From positions 31,000,001 to 31,064,000 of the forward strand of contig NC_088858.1 in assembly GCF_963853765.1 (NCBI RefSeq): DNA of 64,000 nt, written 5' to 3'. A model generated the notes under the pieces. That model made no database searches, was not told the DNA's origin, and saw nothing but the letters and a program-made list of their open reading frames with translations. The translations under genes and the position numbers were made by a program. Positions 51,594 through 62,226 of the stretch are shown here, one piece after another (the stretch's first letter is position 1; every line of letters begins with the position of its first letter). Source of the stretch: Magallana gigas (taxonomy: Eukaryota).

Positions 51594-54062
51594 CATCCTA
51601 AAAATTCACACAATGATTTATATTCTTTCAGAAAATATTTTGTTGCATTGTTTGTTATGTTTGATAATGTAAAAAATCGTATATATATGAACATGTTCAA
51701 TGACATGTAACTACAATAGTTACAATATAGCCTTGCTACCTTTGCACATCGTCTCAATGATATCTTTAATCTCGTCCTCTGGCATGGGCTGCTCCACTAG
51801 TTCTAATAATTCTTTCAGAATATCTTGATGAATAAAGCCCCGCCCCTTTGCGTACATTTCAAAGGCCTCGGAGAAATCTAAAACATGCAATGCATTAAGT
51901 ATAATTTGATAAAATTCAATTACGCAGAATCCGAAAACAGCATGGCCATTTTTTAATATTTATTTGCCCGTGATAACACTACGTATCGATTTTGTACTAT
52001 ATAACCCATAATACGAATGACGCCAAATTGAGGCGCCAGCGGGGTTTTCTTATTTAAATATTTAGTCGTACGATCATGGCTTAAAATTATATAAATATAA
52101 GTAATAAGGAATCATTCTTTGAATATTATGAGGTGATAATTTCGGTCGGGGCGTGATCCAATCTATCATAAAGCCCTTCGGGCTTTATTGGATTTGATCA
52201 CGCCCTGACCAAAATTATTTTTTATTTATTTATTTCAACTTTGAGCAATAAGCTCATCAGCATTAAACATAATTACATTTATAAACATATGCGTGGCACG
52301 CAAAATGCGAAGCCAGTAGGCTTCAGAGTCTCTAGTCTCATAATACTCAAAGAACGATTCCTTTATTCCTTTTTTACATACCTGCAGCCATATCATCTTT
52401 TAACTGGTACGTCTGCAAAGGAAATTGTAAATGATGAAGGAAAAAACACAGAAGACAGATATTATCGAACAACCAAAACAGGGGTTTAATTTACATGGTT
52501 ACAAACACAATTACATATTTTTTTTAATTCAGACAGACATTTGGAATTAATAGATTTTTTTTAATGTATGTTTTAACGGTGAATGTTACAACAGATTTAC
52601 ATTTAACAATGGGACAACTTGTCACAACCAAAACAACCATGATGTAATATGATGCTGGTATTATATACTATTGCTTGCATGGTGAATCTTGGTAGTTCAA
52701 ACAGTTTGAGGGTGGTTACAAAACAAGCAATAATGATAGTTTTTTATGTGGCATTAGGCTCAGGTTATGTGTTAAAAGCCGAATATGTCAATAAAAAACG
52801 GTATTTTTGAATTAAATTTTTATGGTTAAAAAAGAAAATTGAAAGAAATTCTGCCTATTATTTCTTTTTATTGCCATCTAACAATTAAATATCTTCAAAC
52901 CAAATATTTTATGCGGTAAAGAAAAATACCATCATGCAATAAAAGTTGTCTCCCGGTAATGATATAGGATAGATCTTTGATAAAGTGAACACATTATTTT
53001 GGGTTGCCATTAACTAAAAAAATAAAATAATGCATCACGAAGCACCATGCTCTGTTGAGATTGCCTTTAATGATGATGACATTTTTTTTTTTAAACTTAA
53101 TATTATGTACAATTAGCGGTTTGACAATTTCAAGTCAGAAATGTTGAGTACATGTATGTGGACAATTGATTAATTGTTACGTGTAAATATCTATATATAA
53201 CAAAAATAAACATCGACATAAAAAAGGATAACAAACAAATTGTTAGTAGTGCAAAGTTAACAAAAACATAAACAATCGTGCTCAAAATGTTTCGGCTTTA
53301 AATGTGGAAAAAAAATTAAATGACGGTGGCTATTAAAAAACACAACAATAAAAAAACAAGGGAAATAGGTTCAACAGATCAATTTGTTCTCATGTTGCAC
53401 AGTGAATATGAAGCAAAAGTTCATATCATTCTAATGGCGATATATATTATTCATTTTTATATCGACCAAAAACGGCTTTTACATATGAATGCAGTAACAC
53501 TGAAGAGCAGACGATTCAAATACAGCCGATGGTTCCAATAATGTATCGTTTTTAATACTTTCAATTTGCCTACGTCCAATATTTGCTTAAAGTATAAACC
53601 CGTCATACAATGTCGTGCATACTGCCAAACCAATTTGCATGGCAGACTTTGCCGGGAAAACACATTGTTGAATTTTATTTATTAATATTGATTTAACTCA
53701 AGATATATATTTTTTATAAACACAAGATTTTGAATACTGAATACACATACGGTTCCCTGAAAAGAAAGAAACTATGTAGTGTAAAAGGGGAAGAGACAAA
53801 GGATACAAAAAAAATTCATGTATATTTATAAGGAAAGCTACAAAATAAAAAGAATTCAAAAAATATAAAATTGGTGCTTTGAAATTCTTGTACCTGTTCC
53901 CCAAATGGATTCGTATTCTAGAGTAAAAACACAATATTTGGTTAAATGAACATTGATTTTTTTCTTTACAAGACAACATTGTAGCAATGTTTCGATGTTT
54001 GTGAATCGGATTTAAACACACTGAGAAAATAAACATTGATCTATACTTACCGAAGAGGACAT
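49043..54062 (-). CDS. Divergent calmodulin-like protein, locus E (~153 aa; N-lobe EF loops degenerate)
   Basis: Exons 54062-54051, 52412-52382, 51877-51740, 51404-51159 (GC donor AG|GCAAGT), 49077-49043. Protein: MSSSTYQLKDDMAADFSEAFEMYAKGRGFIHQDILKEL...DADGSGSIDRSEL...DLDGDGEIDFEEFVAMMNDANP*. Confidence 0.85.
51539..51590. repeat. (CT)n microsatellite in intron 3 of locus E
   Basis: Direct reading of the sequence. Confidence 0.95.
52000..52218 (+). mobile_element. Interspersed repeat ending in a long hairpin (52136-52218); partial sister copy at ~21160-21205
   Basis: ataatttcggtcggggcgtgatcc..ataaagccc-ttcg-ggctttattggatttgatcacgccctgaccaaaattat. aataaggaatcatt..tattatgaggtgat is shared with ~21165. 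Confidence 0.6.
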
Positions 54063-55873
54063 GATTTCGTCAAACAAAAAGATTGTTGTCTAGTATATTT
54101 CTACCATCTATAACCAGTCACTGTCAAAAGAATGTTGAGTAACTATGAAATAAAATGGAAATGTAGAAAAAAAATGGAAGATGAATCCACCTTTGAAAGA
54201 ATCAAAACAGATCGATGCCTCGGTTGAATGACTTCGGTTCAAGCTTATACGCGATCGGTGGATTATTGGGTATTTTTATCTTTACCAATCGAGTAAAGGG
54301 CTTACAATGCTCTCGATACGAGTCGTTGGTAGTTATCGATATTAGCTTATTAAAATGCCTTTTAAGATGACAGATATAATTCCATTCAACGGGTGTGTAG
54401 TGTGGAATGGATTTAGTAAGTAAAACAAAATCTGACTTACGTATATGAATATGTCCTATTTTCCTACATCCAACATGGTAGGGAAGTCGCGAATATCAAC
54501 ATAGATTTCCGTTTCTATGTATGTTTCCAAACAAAACCCAAATCATTTGTCAGGTATATACAGAGCGAAGGGGATCCGAAATCACTGGACTTTAAATTTT
54601 ATTCGGCCATTCACAGACAGTATTTATAGCGTGGACGACTTTTAAATTTATTATTGTTAAAAATAAAAATTGGACGTAATTTCTTTTATAAGGAGATGGA
54701 ATAACAGAATAGAAAACCCTCCGTTGGTATAGCAAGTTAATATACGCTTTATACACGCATAGTTTCACCTGAAGAATCATTCTCTCTCTTTTTTTTAATT
54801 GATTTGTTGGGCATGCAGAGCTACGGAAGAAAATCAATCTATAGTGAAGTCAATATTTTTTCAGTCTAGCTATGAGTGAAAAAAGGTGAACGGTTCTAGA
54901 TTTTTTTCAGTGGACATGGTAGTAAAAAATTAACTAAAGGTGAACTCATTTTAAAACAAAGTTATTATTGCTTCTATCATGACCATAAGTTTTCCTTTTC
55001 AAATTCATCTGCCAAAATTGAATTCGAAGTAAAATGAGACAAGTGTTTTAAAACACTGATGGCTCCTACTGCTACTTTCAAAACTTGACCGCAAAAAAAG
55101 ATCCGATAATAACTAATTCGAACACATGAGTATCGGGTTACACAACATATTTAGAATACTTTGACCTAAAATCTCCGCTATAGAAATACACAGTAGAACA
55201 TTTAACTATGTTAAACTTCGATTTTATACTTGTAATTAAGCTGACCCTTTTTCAATTTTTATTTTTTCAGATTTATAATTTACCTTAATGACAAAAGTAT
55301 TTCAAAGTTTGTAGGTGACACGATGAACGTTCTGCATATATACACAAAAATATTCAAAAAAGAGTTTTCATTATTGGTCCTTTCTTAAACGACCTTTTTG
55401 CACTTGAATTCATTTCATTTAGGTTTAAGTCATATATATAGACTCTCTTCTTTTTTAGTGTGTACATGTGTATTATGGATAGATTAAGTACATGTCTACG
55501 TTAACAACATTGTATACATGTACACGTGCATCATATATAAGTTTTTTTATGCTGTAAAATGAAAAGAATATATTCAAGAGATTTGCAGTCAACATTTTAT
55601 TTCAAATAATAACAAAAATATTGAATCAAGATTTAACAACGCAAATTACATTGCAAAAATATTATTATATCTTAATTTCAAACATTAATTTATAATTTCC
55701 ACAACACAAGTACAATACTAGGCCTATATACAATTGTTAAATCATTCCTACACAACTCACTCAATTCAATTAGCAGCTGGTTTGGCAAATCGTCATTTAG
55801 TCCATGAATTGTTTGAATCCGTAACACATATTTACAGAATTGTGCTTGTTTCCCGTTATGTTGTGATATCAAA

Positions 55874-58657
55874 TTATTCCGTCATTACTTTTATAAATTC
55901 TGGAAAAAAAATGATATAAAATAACTATTTTGATAACATTTAACTTGGGCTGCTCTATGATTTAATATGATACAAGTTACTGTTATATCATGCTCGTATT
56001 TTAGCCCTGTAAGAAATTTTCCAAACTGCAAAAGGATATAACATTGACCAAATTAAATCATATGCATTTTAGACGCCAGTTTTCGAATGTACCTATACAT
56101 TATACATATTTTCGAATGATACATAATACATAAGGACTTCTGATTGTAACGCCAACATGCTAATGTTATCAAATAAATATCGAGTTGAAACAGGCTTCTT
56201 TACACTGGAAAAAATCATCACAAATCAAGATAAATGTATATTGTTATAGTAAGCATTTCATCCAGGGGAAATTTTAATTTTAAAAAAAACCAGAACTGGC
56301 GTGGAGCGAAATAATCCCATTTCTACCATGGCAGATGTCTCGGTACTTTGGTATACTCACTGAAATCGACAACTTACCAATGTAATTGATATCACCGTCT
56401 CTTTACTTACTGGGATATACAACTTACCAATGTAATTGATACCGCCATCTCCTTCCTTACTGGGATATACAACTTACCAATGTAATTGATACCGCCGTCT
56501 CCTTACTTACTAGGATAGACAACTTACCAATGTAATTGATACCGCCGTCTCCTTACTTACTGGGATAGGCAACTTACCAATGTAATTGATACCGCCGTCT
56601 CATTACTTACTAGGATAGACAACTTACCAATGTAATTGATATCACCGTCTCCTTACTTACTGGGATAGACAACTTACCAATGTAATTGATATCGCCGTCT
56701 CCTTACTTACTAGGATATACAACTTACCAATGTAATTGATACCGCCGTGTACTTACTTACTAGGATATACAACTTACCAATGTAATTGATACCGCCGTCT
56801 CCTTACTTACTGGGATATACAATTTACCAATGTTATTGATATCGCCGTCTCCTTACTTACTGGAATAGACGACTTACCAATGAAACTGATACCGCCGTCT
56901 CCTTACTTACTGGAATAGACGACTTACCAATGTAATTGATACCGCCGTCTCCTCACTTACTGGGAAAGACAACTTACCAATGTAATTGATACCGCCGTCT
57001 CCTTACTTACTGGGAAAGACAACTTACCAATGTAATTGATACCGCCGTCTCCTTACTGGGATAACCAACTTACCAATGTAAATGATACAGCCGTCTCCTT
57101 ACTTACTAGGATAATAAACTTACCAATGTAATTGATACCGCCGTCTCCTTACTTACTGGGATATACAACTTACCAATGTAATTGATATCGCCGTCTCCTT
57201 ACTTACTAGGATATACAACTTACCAATGTAATTGATACCGCCGTGTACTTACTTACTAGGATATACAACTTACCAATGTAATTGATACCGCCGTCTCCTT
57301 ACTTACTGGGATATACAATTTACCAATGTTATTGATATCGCCGTCTCCTTACTTACTGGAATAGACGACTTACCAATGTAACTGATACCGCCGTCTCCTT
57401 ACTTACTGGGATAGACAACTTACCAATGTAATTGATATCACCGTCTCCGTCTATATCTGCCGTTTTCACTGCCTCTTTCGCTTCCTCGTCCGTCAGTCGC
57501 GGCTTGTCCCCCATAGTGGTCAGGATTAGGAACAGCTGATTGGAGCTAATGGACCCGGTTCCGCTGTCATCGAACACTCGGAACGCCTCGCGTATTTCAT
57601 CCTCGGTATCCGTTTCCTTCATCTTCTTTGACATCATTTGAAGGAACTCGTTGAAGTCTATTTCCCCATTACCTGGAGTAAATCAATGGAGAAAGTCTCT
57701 CGTTAAAAGCGTACGTTTGATAGAAACATCTCCGGCACACATACTTCTTAAACACTCCAAAATAATGTACAGCTACAAGTATAATTGACACAAATATATC
57801 TTCAAAGATACATTGAACACGATGCTTTCCAGTTTTGCATTTATGATATTGGAGTATCTGCTCTCTTGCNNNNNNNNNNNNNNNNNNNNNNNNNNNNNNN
57901 NNNNNNNNNNNNNNNNNNNNNNNNNNNNNNNNNNNNNNNNNNNNNNNNNNNNNNNNNNNNNNNNNNNNNNNNNNNNNNNNNNNNNNNNNNNNNNNNNNNN
58001 NNNNNNNNNNNNNNNNNNNNNNNNNNNNNNNNNNNNNNNNNNGAAGTGTCTTACCATCTTGATCCACTTCGTTGATGAGTTCCTCTAGCTCCGCCATTGT
58101 GGGATTCTGACCCAGGGACCTCATCACTGACGCCAACTCACCGCCGGAAATGTTCCCGGAGCCATCTTTGTCGAACAGGCTGAACGCCTCCCGAAACTCT
58201 GAGAGAGCAAAAAGAAATGAAATCTTTTGTTACGTATTTGAAAATATTCTTCAAACTTTTCAGATAAATCAATCAATAGAGTTTTTAAAGACGAAACAAA
58301 AGAACCACAGAGCATATGTACAATGCACGTGAAATTAAAAAAAATAAAGTAAATATCAATATGCTCTGCATGTAACGACATTCCAAATTTAACATAGTTT
58401 TGACGTTACTTGACTTAATAGTCAGATAAAATACATTTGGTAATTTAATTTATGAAAGTTACATGTCCTAGTTCATATTTACCCTCGACTTGATCCTCTG
58501 TCAACGCATCCTGAAATATTATCAAAATTATCATAAAAACATGTTTTAAAAAAAACCGTGAAATATAGCCATTTTAAGTAATAATATCTTAAGAAAAGGG
58601 GGGGGTTCCTAAGGATAAGGAATTAAGGAAATCACAACATAAACAAAAACTTACCAT
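55874..58657 (-). CDS. Calmodulin-like protein, locus F (~149 aa)
   Basis: Exons 58657-58655 (ATG|GTAAGT), 58510-58483, 58198-58055, 57672-57424, 55899-55874. Protein: [44 protein letters not shown]...[38 protein letters not shown]. Intron 3 spans an N-gap. Confidence 0.9.
56369..57448 (-). repeat. 50-bp minisatellite (~21.5 units) made of the last 24 nt of locus F exon 4, its donor and 26 nt of intron
   Basis: Minus-strand unit: GGAGACGGCGGTATCAATTACATTG|GTAAGTTGTATATCCCAGTAAGTAA. The donor motif recurs every 50 bp from 56371 to 57021, then after one 46-bp unit from 57067 to 57417 (22 copies, two with a point variant). Confidence 0.95.
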
Positions 58658-61600
58658 TTTTTGTGCTTCAGCACTGAACTATTTACAAAATATTAAACAG
58701 CATATGAACCGATATAAGTCGGTGCTGATAGTGAGATACTCCCCGAATGGAACGACAATGGCCGGGCTCTATTGAGGACTGCGCTGACTCTGTGTTAAGT
58801 AACCCAATGAACGATGGTTATCTAATCCCAGTCTTTCTTTTGTTTTGCCCCCAGTTCATTATATCATAGGATTAATCTCTTGTCTTAATGACAAGTTTTA
58901 ATGAATATGTGGACGTTTAGCAATGTTAATTTAAAAAAAAATTAATAAGAAAAGAAACATTATCCTCTTTTTTCAAAAAAAGATCTATAGATCCTTTTTC
59001 CTTTGGTAAATTGCATGCTAATATCTAGTTACAAAATTGATTCTTAATGCACATATTCATTGTACATGTATACAGAGTTAAATAAACTTTACCTATGTCT
59101 TATATCGTCCTAATAACTCAGAACCACTACATGTGTCATCATCATCAGTTATTAATAGAAAAATTTATAACCGTCTTTCTGTCCAAACAAGCCGTAATTA
59201 AAACTGAGTGAATAAAATTTTATATCAATAAATTGATATTTTCTCAAACTAATTTACACCACCGTCATGCATTGTTACGGTCTTTGATTTAAAGAGGGTC
59301 TTTCATTTTTTTTCAAGTCTAACAAAGACACTTTCTCTCGATGAAAACAAATGAACGAGAATACCTACCGACTATCAAAAGAACTATATTGATGATTTGA
59401 CTCAGTAGTTGACAAAAGGCGTTGTTTTGAAATTCATGAAATATTAAAACAAACAGCGCGATAAACAAGAAAGTGATGTCGTGGAAATTGATTAGATTGA
59501 TTTTTGGCGGTATTTCAGTGAGAGATACACAGACATATCCAATAGTGAGAACATATAGGATTTCCTGATGTATCGGGGGGTAACTTAAAAGTGAGTAGAT
59601 GCTGGACTTTGATTCTAATGAAACATCCATTATATCTATTTCCAGATATGACAAATAGAAAATCATTGATTGACCTTACGCATTCGTATTAAGTTTGACA
59701 TCTCATTACAAGACTTCTTCTTTTTGTGTGTTAAAGCTTTAGCAATAGCAAAACCCCCAAAATTAATATACCTATTGGGAAACGATAAACAATATTTTGG
59801 CGTGTACTTTTTCGTCAGTGAGTGGATAACCCACGGAATTATAACCCCACGAACAACTAAAGCAACAACCCAAGAAATTTGACCAACACAAAACAATATG
59901 AGTCCATGCACGATTCACCTCATTAGTGCAGATGAGGCTTCACCAAATTCTCGGGACCCAAACAAAATGCATTCTTTTTTTTTCTTTTTTTTTGGGGGGG
60001 GGGGGGACAAAAGTTGTCTGGTTAATTGGTTTCAGGACACAAAGGGGGAAGGGCTGATACTTGGAAGACAACGATACTTGGAAGACAACTTTTAAAAAAA
60101 AACAGTTCTAAGTCCACCCGTGCCTCACTACCAAAACCAGCTTGGTAATTTGTGGAAATCTCTTAACAAAAAAAAATATATATGTAACCAGAAAAATATC
60201 AATTTTTTGTTGCAAGCCTCTTAACACGAGCTACTGTATTTTTCCAACAACGTATTTTGTGTCTAATTAGGAAATTATAATAAATGCTAAAACGTCATTT
60301 ATAATCATGGGGGAAAAAACAAAACTTTCTTTTACCTCATTGTCACTTGTTCTTCTTGCCATGATATCTTTTACCATTGAATCGTGTCAACCGAAAGAAA
60401 AATCATTTTCCTGTGTGTTTGAAGAACTTTGTGTTTCTATTATCATTTGGTTGAAGAACCATTTAAGTAAATGCACGTGTGAAATATCAAATTGATTGAT
60501 TCCTTTGTACGTGTTTACATGAAAAATGTTAACAGACAATGTTGTCTGCCAAAACGAGGCCAAATAACGAAATGTCTCTTCAAAGAAAAAAGTCATACAT
60601 ACACCCTTTTCAAATTTGAAGACAGGGTAATGTTGAATTCTGCTTCAGAACACGTTGAAAACTTTTAGTTTGAACGAGGCTATCAACATTTATACAGCGA
60701 TATTTTCTCACAATCGTCAATTTTCACAAGGGACAGGTATTGATTTTACCTGGATATCATGCTATTGACATCCAGCTTTATGTAAATTAATGGTGTTTTT
60801 GTACAAATATATCAAACACATACATGAAAATTTTGAAGAAACTACATACATGACTTAATGATGTTTTAAAAAACAAATGCAATACATGTACATTCGGTGT
60901 ATATTTAATTTTAGTGGCATTTCCTTGTTTTTACACACAAGGTCATACTTTAACCTTTTGTACATCTACTTTCGCAGTTTTGTGTTGAATTTTGAAATTT
61001 TCTGATGAAATCAAATAATAGAATGCTTCTTTATAGGAAAAACATTTCGTAAATGGAAATAAATTCAATAATTTTTTTTCAAAATTATAAGTGATTACAT
61101 AAATCCGTTTTTAAGTAATTTTTTCCAGTTTTATTTTTTTTTCTTTTGTTCCACAATGCGTGTACATTGCAAATAACAGACAATCTTTTATACATGCTGT
61201 TCTGGAGAAATTTGATGACGAGTGTATATTCCCGGTTAATACTGTCTATGTGCAAGATATTGTAAAGAAACTGGGTCTTCTATGCGCGAGATTTCTAGCT
61301 TTTATCAAAATAGGCATTGATAAATTTTCCATTGAAGTGGCATTCGACCCGATCATAGGATTCTTCTTTTAAAATGAATTAAATGCAATCAATATAATAG
61401 AAATTGTTGAATATTAAATCTACGATTAAAACATGTACATAAATAATTTAGGCAAATATACAAGATAAACTCAACTGTTTGGTTCTGTTAAATTTCTTTG
61501 TGAAAATATTATGCAGAATATTTTGCCCTTCAATGTTATAGAATTTATGAAAATTATTCAAGCACATGGTGTAAAGAACAGCTTTATACAATCTAAACAC

Positions 61601-62115
61601 CTTATGGCAAAGGTAAACACAAGGTTGAGACTTTGTTAATGTTTGAAAGGAGATAAAACCAGTTTGAGTATGTAATATCCCTCTTAAATCGAAATTAATC
61701 AATTGATACCGATTTTATAAATCTTCATTTTGAGCACTTGTACAAAAAGCAGAAAATCAAAGGTAAATAGTATGATTATGGTAAATCTTCTAACGTTTTC
61801 ATGGCGAGAACTTCTACATGAATCTTCCTATTCTCTCAGTTTTTATTGAGTGACACAAAGATTGCAGAAATAAGCTAATCTGTGTTTGAACATGTATTCA
61901 CTGTCCGTATCCTTTTTAGCAATGAGTCGATATTATCTCCAATTTAGTCTCAACGGGTTTTTTTGGCCAAATTTTAAGTTTAACATTAGGGAAATATACA
62001 TGAAGCATTTATTCATCTCGCCTTGAATAATTCCCCATCGTTTTCTATACTAAAATGGTTAATATGCGCACTCACCCCACTGTCACCTTTCCAATAGAAA
62101 ACAACCGATATAAAA

Positions 62116-62121
62116 TTTATT
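62116..62121 (-). terminator. Candidate polyadenylation signal (AATAAA) of locus G
   Basis: AATAAA about 105 nt downstream of the TAG stop. Such hexamers are common in AT-rich DNA. Confidence 0.4.
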
Positions 62122-62226
62122 TGCACTTTTCACAGAAAAAGTCAACACAAAATATATAAACGAAGTCAACAATCAATATTTACAATATGTACAGTATGTC
62201 AATGTATATGTTTTAGTCCGAGTTTC

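Noticed and set aside
56369-57448. CRISPR-like array, or origin from the RTE (TAAG)n tail
   Set aside because: No unique spacers and the context is eukaryotic. The AGTAAGTA part aligns with the unique intron start (AGTGAGTA at ~56355), so simple tandem duplication explains it.
25311-58136. ORFs containing X runs (25311, 25324, 32420, 32497, 32507, 57669, 57773, 57785, 57813)
   Set aside because: Artefacts of translating through N gaps; only the CaM exon part of 57669-58136 is real.
59000-62000. Short ORFs between loci F and G
   Set aside because: AT-rich, low-complexity translations with no motifs or splice pattern; no additional EF-hand exons were found by eye.
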